Assembly: GCA_963716255.1 (NCBI GenBank) | Contig: OY970303.1 | Span: 4,384,001 to 4,448,000 of the forward strand | DNA from: an uncultured Gemmatimonadales bacterium | Lineage (GTDB): Bacteria; Gemmatimonadota; Gemmatimonadetes; Longimicrobiales; Longimicrobiaceae | Length of the DNA stretch: 64,000 nt | Direction of reading: 5' to 3' | In this document: in pieces, positions 52,841-61,759 of the stretch | Layout: each line of letters opens with the position of its first letter | Position numbering within the stretch: position 1 is the stretch's first letter | Notes under the pieces: generated by a model | The model's database searches: none | What the model was told of the DNA's origin: nothing | The model's input: the letters and a program-made list of their open reading frames with translations, nothing else | Position numbers and translations under genes: made by a program

Positions 52841-54329
52841 CGTGCTGGTGGTGGGCGCCGGGATGGGCGGGCTTTCCGCCGCGCTCCACCTGGCCGGCGC
52901 GGGGCTGGAGGTGGAGGTCCTGGAAGCGTCCGACCGCCCCGGCGGCAAGCTGGGGATCGCCGTGGCGGACGGCGTGGAGGTGGACACCGGCCCCAGCGTC
53001 CTCACCCTCCCCGACGCGCTGGACCGCGCCCTCCGCGCCGCCGGCAGCTCCCTGGCCGGCGAGCTCGTTCTCCGCGATCCCTCGCCCGCCTTCCGCTACC
53101 TGTACCCGGACGGCGTCGCGCTGGACGTGCACCCCCGCCCGGAAGACACCCTCGCTTCCGTGGAGCGCACGCTGGGCCCCGCCGCCGCCGCCGAGCTGGG
53201 GGAGTTCCTCGCCTACTCGCGGCGCATCTGGGAGGCCGCCGCGCCGCACTTCGTCCGCGGCCCCGCCCCCTCCGCCGCGTCGCTCGCCGGGCTGGGGCCG
53301 GGCGCCGTCGCCGCGCTGCTCCGCATCGACCCGCTGCGGCGCATGTGGGGCGCCATCCGCCGGCGCGTCCGCTCGCCGCACCTGCGGATGCTGCTCGCCC
53401 GCTACGCCACCTACAACGGCTCCGACCCGCGGCGCGCCCCCGCCACCCTCAACTGCATCGCGCACGTCGAGCTGGCGCTGGGCGGCCACGGCGTACAGGG
53501 CGGCATGTACGAGGTCGCCCGCGCGCTGGTCTGCGCCGCCGAGCGTGCCGGCGTGCGCTTTCGCTACGGCGCCCGCGTGGAAAGCCTGCGCGAGCGGAGC
53601 AGCGGCGGCGGGTGGGACGTCGCGACCGCCGACGGCCGGGTCCACGCCGCCCGCGCCGTGGTCGCCAACGCCGACGCCGCGCACGTCCTCGCCCACCTCC
53701 TTCCCCCCGCGCGGCGCCGCCCCGACCGGGGCGAGCGCTCCATGTCCGGGTGGACCGGCGTGCTGCGCGCCCGCCGCCGCGCCGGCCCGGACGCCCGCGT
53801 CGCCCACACCGTGCTCTTTCCGCGCGTGTACCTGGACGAGTTCGCCGACGTCTTCGACCGGGGGCGCCCCCCCGAGGAGCCCACCGTGTACCTGTGCGCC
53901 CAGGAAGCCTGCCACGGCCGCACCGGCTGGCCCGGGGACGAGCCCGTGTTCGTGATGGCCAACGCGCCGCCCGAGCCCGCGGACCGGCCCCGCGAGGGCG
54001 CCGCCTGGGAGCGGCTGCGCGGGCGCGTCCTCGCCCGGCTGGACGCCGCCGGGCTGCGCGATTCCGGCGACGCGCTCGTCTGGGAGCGCACCCCCGGGGA
54101 GCTCGCCGCCGCCTTCCCGGGGAGCCGCGGGGCCCTGTACGGAGCCGCCTCCAACTCGCCCTTCGCCGCCTTCCGCCGCCCGCCCAACCGGATCCCGGGC
54201 TCCCCCCCGGTGTACCTGGCGTCCGGCAGCGCGCACCCCGGCGGCGGCGTCCCCCTCTGCGTCCTGTCGGGGGAGGCCGCCGCCCGTGCGCTCCTCGGGG
54301 ACCTGGGCCTTCAGCCGGTGCGGAAGTGA
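52833..54329 (+). CDS. CrtI-family carotenoid desaturase (CrtD-like)
   Basis: VGAGMGGL, DTGPSVLT, RYATYNGS.P, GALYG and GSAHPGGGVP. Confidence 0.85.
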   Translation: MADVLVVGAGMGGLSAALHLAGAGLEVEVLEASDRPGGKLGIAVADGVEVDTGPSVLTLPDALDRALRAAGSSLAGELVLRDPSPAFRYLYPDGVALDVHPRPEDTLASVERTLGPAAAAELGEFLAYSRRIWEAAAPHFVRGPAPSAASLAGLGPGAVAALLRIDPLRRMWGAIRRRVRSPHLRMLLARYATYNGSDPRRAPATLNCIAHVELALGGHGVQGGMYEVARALVCAAERAGVRFRYGARVESLRERSSGGGWDVATADGRVHAARAVVANADAAHVLAHLLPPARRRPDRGERSMSGWTGVLRARRRAGPDARVAHTVLFPRVYLDEFADVFDRGRPPEEPTVYLCAQEACHGRTGWPGDEPVFVMANAPPEPADRPREGAAWERLRGRVLARLDAAGLRDSGDALVWERTPGELAAAFPGSRGALYGAASNSPFAAFRRPPNRIPGSPPVYLASGSAHPGGGVPLCVLSGEAAARALLGDLGLQPVRK

Positions 54330-55114
54330 TCCGAAAACGAGCGAGGACGGCGGCGGGGCTGGGGGCCATGCTCCTCGCCGCGCTCTTCCCCTGGACGCCG
54401 GTGCGCGCGGGCGAGCCTCCGCGCGGCGCCGGCGCGTGGGGCGGCGCGTACGCCATGGAGCTGCGCCTCGCCAGCGCCACGCGCATCCCGCTGCTCGGGA
54501 GCCAGCGCAGCGTCACCACCAGCCTGATGCTCGTGGACGTGGAGCGCGCCCCCGGCGGCGGCTGGACCCAGCGCCACCGCGTCTGCGGCGTGCGCGTCGC
54601 GGGCTCCGCCGGCATGCGCATGACCGTTCCCGACGCCTTCGTGCGCGCGCTCGCCGTCCGCCGCTACCCCGCCGTGCTCGCCGACGGCGCGGGCGGCGTC
54701 CGCTACACCGCCGACATGGGCGTGGAAGCCATCGGCTACGATCCCGCCGCCACCGGGGGCGCGCTCCCCCGCCACGCCGCCGACCCCGGCGTGCGCGACA
54801 GCGACCGCGACGGCTCCCCGGGCGCCACCGTGGAGATCCGCCTTCCCGCCGCGGGCCGGGCGAAGCTGTACATCGTGCAGCGGTCGCACCTGGTGCTGAG
54901 CGGGCGCGAGACGGCGCCGGACCGCATCGAGGGCGGCGTGCAGGTGCTTTTCTCCGAGCAGCAGACGATCGGGGCCGATCCGGCGTTCTTCGCGCGGACG
55001 CCGCGGACCCGGGCGGAGCCGTCGCGGAGCGGGTTCACGCTGGTCAGGGCGCCCGCCGTGCGGAGCTGCGAGGACCTGGAGCGCGAATCGGGGAGGCTGT
55101 TCGGATCGTCCTGA
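54326..55114 (+). CDS. Exported hypothetical protein, beta-rich, last gene of the crt operon
   Basis: GTGA overlap; signal-peptide-like N-terminus; DSDRDG motif; two Cys. Confidence 0.65.
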   Translation: MIRKRARTAAGLGAMLLAALFPWTPVRAGEPPRGAGAWGGAYAMELRLASATRIPLLGSQRSVTTSLMLVDVERAPGGGWTQRHRVCGVRVAGSAGMRMTVPDAFVRALAVRRYPAVLADGAGGVRYTADMGVEAIGYDPAATGGALPRHAADPGVRDSDRDGSPGATVEIRLPAAGRAKLYIVQRSHLVLSGRETAPDRIEGGVQVLFSEQQTIGADPAFFARTPRTRAEPSRSGFTLVRAPAVRSCEDLERESGRLFGSS

Positions 55115-55140
55115 GTTCATCCGCTTCGGCTGGTTTTGGC

Positions 55141-55359
55141 GGGCCGCTCCGGAGCCAGGCCAAACAGCCGGCCTGTCTCCTGCGCGGGCTCCGGGAGCCC
55201 CGGAAACAACCCCGGGTCTCCCTCCGCCGGGGTGAGCCTCGCACAGCGCCTTTGAACTGCGGCGCCGGCGAGTCTCCCCCCGAACAGATTCTGGGGGGTA
55301 CTGCGGAACCGCAACGACAACGGCGGAACGGCACCCCGTTCAGGGCCGTTCCGCCGTTG
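55141..55359 (+). repeat. Structured repeat family B, copy 2
   Basis: GGGCCGCTCC, two GGAGCC...AAAC...GTCTCC modules, CCGAACAGATT and a terminal hairpin. Confidence 0.78.
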
Positions 55360-55362
55360 CTG

Positions 55363-55407
55363 TTCTCCCCTCTCCCGCTTGCGGGGGAGGGGCCGGGGGA
55401 GGGGGCC
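55363..55407. repeat. REP-like palindromic repeat (family C), copy 2
   Basis: Near-identical to 38473-38520. Confidence 0.75.
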
Positions 55408-55467
55408 GAGCCTCAAGCGAGCCGGGTGGGGGCCGCCGTGGCAGGCTGTTCCCTGTTCCCTGTCCCC

Positions 55468-56367
55468 TCACAGGCTCGCCCACATGTCCTTCCTCAGGGC
55501 CTGCTTGAACTCGGCGACCTTTGCCCACGGGTCGGGCCCGGTCCTCACCAGCTCCGGCACCGTGCGCACCGTGAACCGGTCCGGCGTGGTGTCGGCGCCC
55601 AGCTCGTCCCAGGCGAGCGGAAAGGACACCGGCGCCCCGGCCCGCGAGCGGGTGGAGTACGGCGCCACCGCGCTGGCGCTCCACGAATTTCGCACGTAGT
55701 CCACGTAGATCCTGCCCTCGCGCTCCTCCTTGGAGGCGCGGGTCAGGTACCGGTCCGGGGCGTCGCGCACCATCGCCTCCGCCAGCTTCAGCGAGAAATC
55801 GCGCACTTCCTCCCACGTGGGGTGGCGCCGGATCGGCGCCACCACGTGCAGCCCCTTGCCCCCCGTGGTCTTTACCCAGCTCTTCAGCCCCGCCGACGCC
55901 AGGCGGTCGCGCACCTCCCTTGCACCCTCCACCACCTCCGCCCACCCGACCCCCGGCGCGGGGTCCAGGTCCAGGATCAACCGGTCGGGACGGTCCAGGC
56001 GGTCGCGGCGGGCGCCCCACACGTGCACCTCCAGCACCCCGATCTGCACCAGCGACACCAGCGCGGCCAGCGTGTTCGCCACCAGGTAGGTCTCGTCCTC
56101 GCCCTCCACCGGCACCGTCACGCGGCCCAGCTCCGCGGGCGTCCCCTTCGCCGCCCGCCGCTGGTAGAAGCACTCCGTCGCCTGGCCGGCCGGGCAGCGC
56201 ACCAGCGTAAGCGGCCGGCCGCGCACGTGCGGGAGCATCCGCTCCGCCACCGCGCCGTAGTAGTCCGCCAGCTCCCGCTTGGTGATCCCCTGCCCGGGGA
56301 AGAGCACCCGGTCCGGGTGCGTCAGCCGCACCCCCGCAGCCGTGATCGCATCGTCGTCGCGCGCCAT
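55468..56367 (-). CDS. ligD: Stand-alone LigD polymerase (AEP/PolDom) domain protein
   Basis: LTHPDRVLFP, R.P.G, LDLDP, KTTGGKGLH, IYVDY.RN and APYS.R. Confidence 0.9.
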   Translation of the reverse strand: MARDDDAITAAGVRLTHPDRVLFPGQGITKRELADYYGAVAERMLPHVRGRPLTLVRCPAGQATECFYQRRAAKGTPAELGRVTVPVEGEDETYLVANTLAALVSLVQIGVLEVHVWGARRDRLDRPDRLILDLDPAPGVGWAEVVEGAREVRDRLASAGLKSWVKTTGGKGLHVVAPIRRHPTWEEVRDFSLKLAEAMVRDAPDRYLTRASKEEREGRIYVDYVRNSWSASAVAPYSTRSRAGAPVSFPLAWDELGADTTPDRFTVRTVPELVRTGPDPWAKVAEFKQALRKDMWASL

Positions 56368-56778
56368 GCCGCCCCCGCCGAGAAGGTGGAACCATGCCCC
56401 GCCACTCCTCCGGGCAAGAAGCGTTCTACAGAGCCTCCCGGGCCGCGCCCCGTCCGCGCGGTCGCCGCGGCGACGGAATCACCGATTCCGTCTGTCCCGC
56501 GCGGTACGCCGGGGGTGGCCCGTCCGCGGCCATTTCCGTCTCCACGCGGCTCCCCGGCAGCGGCGTGTAAGGCGCCCGTCCCACGTGATGAAAACCCTTG
56601 CGGCGAGGGGGTCTTTCGGTGAACTTTCGGGTGTGGCGAGTGTACCATGGAGAGGGCGCTCCGGGATCCCTGCGGAGCGCGCCGAACGAGGCAGCGGGCG
56701 GGGGCCCAAAGGCGGGGAATTGCCGCCTTCGCCGGGCTCCGCCGCACGGGGGCAACGTCGCAGCGAGGCGAGCGAACC

Positions 56779-57330
56779 ATGGCAGAGCAGGAACAGGCGG
56801 CCCACGTGGCCGCCGACGAGCGGGTGGGGGAGTTCTACCGCGACCACCCGGACGGCTCCATCCGCACCTTCGCGGTGAAGCTGGAAGGGCCCGAGGTGGT
56901 GTTCGAGGCGCGGGTGTACCGCACCCCCGAGGAGGCCGCCATGGGCATCTACACCTCCGGGTGGGCCCGCGAGGTGGAGGGCAAGGCGGCAGGCGGGCGC
57001 TCCGGCCACCTGGAGCGGTGCGAGTCCGGCGCCATCGCGCGGGCGCTCGCCAACCTGGGCTACACCGCCGCCGGGAGACCCGCCCGCGCCGAGCCGCTGC
57101 GCGTCGCCCGGCCGCGCGACGAGCACGAGGCGCTGCTGGAGTTCATCCGGACCGTGGGGCCGCGCGTGGGCGAGGAGGCCGCCATCGACATCGAGGGGAG
57201 GCCCCGCAACCTGCGGCAGTACGTCCGGGAAAACTGGCCGGCCATGAAGGAGCGGCCCGCGCTGGCGCGCGAAGTGGTGGAAGCGGTGGAGCGGGCGACC
57301 GGGACGCCGTTCCGGCGCGAGGCGGCGTAG
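56779..57330 (+). CDS. Rad52/Sak-like single-strand annealing protein homologue with shared C-terminal domain
   Basis: ERVGEFYRDHPDGSI...LERCESGAIARALANLG resembles phage SSAP cores; last ~70 aa are paralogous to those of the next gene. Confidence 0.65.
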   Translation: MAEQEQAAHVAADERVGEFYRDHPDGSIRTFAVKLEGPEVVFEARVYRTPEEAAMGIYTSGWAREVEGKAAGGRSGHLERCESGAIARALANLGYTAAGRPARAEPLRVARPRDEHEALLEFIRTVGPRVGEEAAIDIEGRPRNLRQYVRENWPAMKERPALAREVVEAVERATGTPFRREAA

Positions 57331-57393
57331 GTGTCGGGCGGTGCGGACGCGGAGCGGGGCATCCGGGACAGCGAGAGCGAGGAGCAGAGAGAG

Positions 57394-58131
57394 ATGAGCG
57401 AGATCGACTTCCGGGGTCTGCAGGACTTCTTCGCCGTCGACGAGATCGAGTGGCGGCTCCAGCAGGCCGGGGAAAAGAACGGCAAAGTGTGGGCGGTCTG
57501 CGTCCCCTACGTCACCAACCGCGCCATCCAGCAGCGCCTGGACGACACGGTGGGGCCCGGGCAGTGGCGCAACGAGTTCAGGGCTGGCCCCGGCGGCGGG
57601 GTGCTGTGCGGCATCTCCATCAAGGTGGACGGCGAGTGGGTCACCAAGTGGGACGGCGCCGAGAACACCGACATCGAGGAGGTCAAGGGCGGCCTCTCCG
57701 GCGCCATGAAGCGCGCCGCCGTGCAGTGGGGGATCGGGCGCTACCTGTACCGGCTGGACGAGTCCTTCGGGAGCGTGCACGAGAGCGGCAGGCTCCGCGG
57801 CAAGACCAGGGACGGCAAGCCGTTCAAGTGGGACCCGCCGCAGCTCCCCGCCTGGGCCCTCCCCCGGCGGGCCGCCTCCGCCGGGAAGAAGAAGGAGGCC
57901 AGCCTGTCGCGCATGCGGCAGGAGCACGAGGCCATGCTGGAGTTCGTCAAGTCCGTGGGCCCGCGCGTGGAAGACCAGCGCGAGGTGGACATCGACGGAA
58001 GGCGGCAGAACCTCAAGACCTTCATCCGCGAGAACTGGGTGGGCATGAAGGAGCAGGTCCGGCTCACCCGCGCCGTGGTGGCGGCGCTGGAGGAGGCCAC
58101 CGGCGTGCACTTCGAGCGCGAGGCCGCGTAG
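57394..58131 (+). CDS. Rad52/Rad22-family DNA annealing protein (DdrA/Sak-like)
   Basis: YV.NRAIQQRLD..VG...W and KGG.S.A.KRAAVQWGIGRYLY signature. Confidence 0.88.
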   Translation: MSEIDFRGLQDFFAVDEIEWRLQQAGEKNGKVWAVCVPYVTNRAIQQRLDDTVGPGQWRNEFRAGPGGGVLCGISIKVDGEWVTKWDGAENTDIEEVKGGLSGAMKRAAVQWGIGRYLYRLDESFGSVHESGRLRGKTRDGKPFKWDPPQLPAWALPRRAASAGKKKEASLSRMRQEHEAMLEFVKSVGPRVEDQREVDIDGRRQNLKTFIRENWVGMKEQVRLTRAVVAALEEATGVHFEREAA

Positions 58132-58310
58132 CGCCGTTTTTCCCGCCGTGGCGGGGGAAAACGCGCGAAGGCGGGTGCCGCGGCACCCGCCTTTTCGCCT
58201 GCGCGACGATCAAACTATGGATTGCTGGTTGCTTTGCGTATAAAATAGCTGTAGAAATACTTTGCGCGGGTCCGGCCCCCCGCCGCGAAGACGTCCCCTA
58301 GGAGCACACG

Positions 58311-59609
58311 ATGAAGCGTTCCCAGCGCGAAGCCGCCGCACGCGGCTCCACCCACCTCCTCCGCCTCTCCCTCCCGGCTGTACGTTCGAACGAATTCTTC
58401 GAGGGCGCGGACATCCTCGCCGAGGCGGCCGCGGTCCCCGCGATCCTCCTCTGCCAGGTGTACCGCGGGGTGATGGCCTGGGCCCTCACCCCGGCCGCCG
58501 AGCACGAAGGCCTCTTCCCTTCCGGCGCCGGCGGCGAGGCGCGGCGCCTGGTGAAGGAGAGCACCGTTCCGAGGGAGGTCCGTCCCGCCATGGAAGGGAT
58601 CTGCGGGCTGCTCGACGATCCCGTGGGGGGAGATCCCCAGGCGATCGCCGAGGCCTGCATGCGCATCGGAGAGTGGGCGGACACCCGGGGCGATGCTCCG
58701 GCCACCGCCCTCCGCTTCATGCAGGCGGCCGCGACCTGCTCGCCCAACGATCCCCGGCTGGCGTACCGGGCGGGCTACGTCGCCCGCCGGCGCGCGAGCT
58801 GGGACATCGCCGAGATGTGGTTCCGCCACTCCAGCACGGTCGGACGCCGCAACCGCGACTGGGACGCGCACGCGACGGCGTACCTGGCCCTCGGCAACAA
58901 CTACTACCACCAGGGCAGGTATGCCCTCGCGAAGCGCGAGCACGCCAAGGCGCTGCGCGTGAGCAGACGCCACGGTCTCCAGGAGATCCAGGGGCGGGCC
59001 TACCACGACCTGCTCGCGATGGCGATCCTCACCGGCGACACGGGCGGCGCGGAGATCAACGCCCGCAAGGCGTTCCGCGCCTACGGGCCGCGCCATGCCA
59101 ACATCCCCACCCTCGCCCACGACACCGCCTACTTCTGGCACGAGCACGGCCACTTCGGGCGAGCGCTGCGCGTCTTCCGGGCGCTGCTGCCGCACTTCAC
59201 CCGGGCGGACAGAAGGATCCTCGTGCTGGGAAGCATCGGGCGCGGAGCCGGCGAGTGCGGCCTGAGGGACGTTTTCGAGGAAGCCTGGAGCGAAGTCTGG
59301 CAGCTTGCCGGGCAGCTCGGTGACGCGGTGACCACCGTTCCCCCCGCGATGCTCCACCTGGCGCAGGGGGCCCTGCGGCTGGGAGAGTGGACCCGTGCCG
59401 AGAGCGCGATTCGCCACGCGCACGCCGTCGCCAGTCAGCGGGGCGAGACCGACGTGCTCAGCGAGGCGGAGCGACTCCTGGAGGCGACCCTCGCGCAGGC
59501 GGCTTCGGCGCCCGTCCAGCCGGTCTCGTCGGGGACCGCCGCCGCCGAGTCCGAAGCGCTGGCCGACGACTTCGTCACCTCCCTGGTCGCCCTGGCCGGC
59601 AGCCGGTAG
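58311..59609 (+). CDS. TPR protein with no recognisable HTH or enzyme domain
   Basis: ATG after AGGAG; AYLALGNNYYHQG.Y..A...H.KAL and further helical repeats. Confidence 0.85.
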   Translation: MKRSQREAAARGSTHLLRLSLPAVRSNEFFEGADILAEAAAVPAILLCQVYRGVMAWALTPAAEHEGLFPSGAGGEARRLVKESTVPREVRPAMEGICGLLDDPVGGDPQAIAEACMRIGEWADTRGDAPATALRFMQAAATCSPNDPRLAYRAGYVARRRASWDIAEMWFRHSSTVGRRNRDWDAHATAYLALGNNYYHQGRYALAKREHAKALRVSRRHGLQEIQGRAYHDLLAMAILTGDTGGAEINARKAFRAYGPRHANIPTLAHDTAYFWHEHGHFGRALRVFRALLPHFTRADRRILVLGSIGRGAGECGLRDVFEEAWSEVWQLAGQLGDAVTTVPPAMLHLAQGALRLGEWTRAESAIRHAHAVASQRGETDVLSEAERLLEATLAQAASAPVQPVSSGTAAAESEALADDFVTSLVALAGSR

Positions 59610-59679
59610 CCGGATGGCGGCCGGTCGTCTCGCCCGGGCGGACCGTGCGTGAGAGCACGGTCCCCGGAGTCCACCGGGA

Positions 59680-59865
59680 TCAGGTGCCCGAGCCGAAGAC
59701 GCCTCCGCTGTAATGCAGGCCGGACGTGTCCGGAGGCGTGGTGGAGCCGTCGAACCGGGGCGTGGCGGCCGATGCGGTGTGCTCCGGCTCCGTGATCGCC
59801 GCTCCGCTGCACGCCGCGGAAACACCAACGAAAGCGAGCAGCAGGACCAGGCGTACAATTTTCAT
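59680..59865 (-). CDS. Small exported (lipo)peptide with GGxFGSG C-terminus
   Basis: AAGGA RBS; MKIVR + hydrophobic core + SAAC lipobox; low-complexity linker; ends HYSGGVFGSGT. Confidence 0.75.
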   Translation of the reverse strand: MKIVRLVLLLAFVGVSAACSGAAITEPEHTASAATPRFDGSTTPPDTSGLHYSGGVFGSGT

Positions 59866-59988
59866 TGTAAATCCTTGGGAGAGAAATGGTTCTGTGTATG
59901 ACTGCGGTTTGGACGAGCGCTAAAGTGGACGCCGGCCACTCCGCTGTCAACTGATGTCCGTAAAATGTACGTGTAGATAACGCCCCGC

Positions 59989-60840
59989 ATGCGCACAGGC
60001 AGTCGTCCCCTTCTCCTGCTGCATCCCGAGAGCGCCTTCCGGAACCGGCTCATCCAGGCGGGATCTTCCTTTGCCTGCTGGTCCGTCTCCGAGTGGGAGC
60101 CGCTCCGCGAGGCCATGCGAGACGCCCCGCCGACGGTGGTGGTGGTGGTCGACCCGTATTTCGGAGGAACGGACGGGGAGTTCGCTCCACAGCTGGGCGC
60201 CGTGCTCAAGGACTTCCCCTGGGCGAGCGTCGTCGCCGGGCTGAAGCCCCGGCGCGGCGGGGAAGAGGACGTGCAGGCGCTGGGAAGGCTGGGGATCTCC
60301 GAGATCATCCTCATCGGCACCGAGGACACCCCGCAGGCCATCCGGCGCATCCTGCGCCAGGCCCAGGGGCGCTTCCTCAAGTCGCTCCTGCGGCGGATCC
60401 TCCCGTCCCACCTGGGCGGCCGGGGGCGCATCATCCTCATGGCCTCCGCCGAGGCGATCTCCGCGGGCGGGCACACCCCTGACCTGGCGCGGGCGCTGTC
60501 GGTGGCCACCAAGACGCTGGCGCGGTGGTGCGAACGGTCGTACCTGCCGCCTCCCCGGCGCCTCCTCGCGTGGGTCCGGGTCCTCCTCGCCTCCGAGCTC
60601 CTGGACGACCCCTCGCGGACGGTGTCCAGCGTCGCGCGCGCCTGCGGCTACACCTCCGACACGGCGCTGCGGCGGGCCCTGCTGGATTTCCTGGGAATGG
60701 GGCCCACGGAGCTGCGCGCCGCGGGAGCGTTCGGGGTGGCGTCGCGGGCGTTCCTGGCGGAGCTGCACGTGCTGCGGGAAAAGGGGCGGGCGCGGAAGCG
60801 GCGCGGCCGGGTCCGCGCCGACCTGGTCCGCCCGGGGTGA
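59989..60840 (+). CDS. AraC-family regulator with a degenerate receiver-like N-terminus
   Basis: Double HTH (LARALSVATKTLAR; VSSVARACGYTSDTALRR); N-terminal beta/alpha domain with VVVVD. Confidence 0.85.
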   Translation: MRTGSRPLLLLHPESAFRNRLIQAGSSFACWSVSEWEPLREAMRDAPPTVVVVVDPYFGGTDGEFAPQLGAVLKDFPWASVVAGLKPRRGGEEDVQALGRLGISEIILIGTEDTPQAIRRILRQAQGRFLKSLLRRILPSHLGGRGRIILMASAEAISAGGHTPDLARALSVATKTLARWCERSYLPPPRRLLAWVRVLLASELLDDPSRTVSSVARACGYTSDTALRRALLDFLGMGPTELRAAGAFGVASRAFLAELHVLREKGRARKRRGRVRADLVRPG

Positions 60841-60963
60841 GGCGGAGGGCGCCGCGGGAGCGGCGCCCGGCGGTGGAGCGCGGCGGGCGGGCAGCGGCGT
60901 GGAGCCGCTGCCCGCCCGTTCGCGCTTCCGCGCGCGAGGGAAGCTTTCCCGGGCGCTCCCGGC

Positions 60964-61428
60964 TCAGGCCGGCCCGCCCCGCCCGAGCGCGAGTATGGCG
61001 TCGAACTCCTCCGGGGAGACCGGCTGCACCGAGAGCCGGCTCTTGTTCACCAGCGGCATCGTGGCCAGCCCGGGCGCGGCACGGATCGCATCCAGCGGCA
61101 CCACCCGCGGGAACGCCTCCACGAACTCCACGTCCACCATGTACCAGCGCGGGTCGTCCGGGCCCGCCTTGGGGTCGAAGTACGGGCTCGCCGGGTCCAG
61201 CGCGGTGTGGTCGGGGTAGGCCTCGCGGGACACCCGCGCGATCCCGGCCACCCCCAGCGGCTCCGTGTTGCTGTGGTAGAACAGGACCGGGTCGCCGGTG
61301 CGCATGTCGTCGCGCATGAAGTTGCGTGCCTGGTAGTTCCGCACCCCGTCCCAGAAGGTCGTCCCGTCCCGGCGCAGGTCGTGGATGGAGTAGGAGTCGG
61401 GCTCGCTCTTGAACAGCCAGTGGCGCAT
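60964..61428 (-). CDS. EVE domain protein
   Basis: WLFKSEP, WDGVRNYQARN, FYHS, YFDPK and RLSVQPV. Confidence 0.93.
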   Translation of the reverse strand: MRHWLFKSEPDSYSIHDLRRDGTTFWDGVRNYQARNFMRDDMRTGDPVLFYHSNTEPLGVAGIARVSREAYPDHTALDPASPYFDPKAGPDDPRWYMVDVEFVEAFPRVVPLDAIRAAPGLATMPLVNKSRLSVQPVSPEEFDAILALGRGGPA

Positions 61429-61527
61429 CGTTCGTCGGGTCTCGTTTCAGGGGTTCGATCAAGATTTCGTGGACATGATGGGGGTGGGAACGCCTGGCTG
61501 CAAGCGGCGGGGGTGGGGTGTCGTGGC

Positions 61528-61727
61528 GGGCCGCTCCGGAGCCCGGCGGTACTGCTGCCGGTCTCCTCCGCGGGCTGCGGGAGCCCCGCCAAACTGCCGG
61601 CGGGTCTCCCTGCGCCGGAGGGAGCCAGCCGAAACTGCCCGGCTGTCTCCCTCCGAACAGATTCATATGGGTACCACATGAACGGCGGACGGCGCCCCGG
61701 CCGGGAGATCCCGGTGGGGGCGCCGTT
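61528..61727 (+). repeat. Structured repeat family B, copy 3
   Basis: Three GGAGCC...GTCTCC modules; terminal hairpin shares ccgggagatcccggtgggggcgccgtt with copy 1. Confidence 0.8.
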
Positions 61728-61759
61728 CCGCACTTTCGCACTCTCGCGCTTCCGTACTC

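Noticed and set aside
56779..58131. Prophage remnant, suggested by Sak/Rad52-like genes
   Set aside because: No integrase, structural, replication or exonuclease genes nearby, and codon usage is host-like.
59680..59865. RiPP precursor
   Set aside because: Has a Sec/lipoprotein signal and no adjacent modifying enzymes or transporter; a signalling-peptide reading fits better.
60964..61428. EVE domain as a modification-dependent restriction system
   Set aside because: Stand-alone, widespread EVE type with no fused or adjacent nuclease.
61528..61660. Tandem GGAGCC...GTCTCC units as a possible CRISPR array
   Set aside because: Only 2-3 units, with variation inside the unit, short spacers and no cas genes. 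Treated as a structured repeat.
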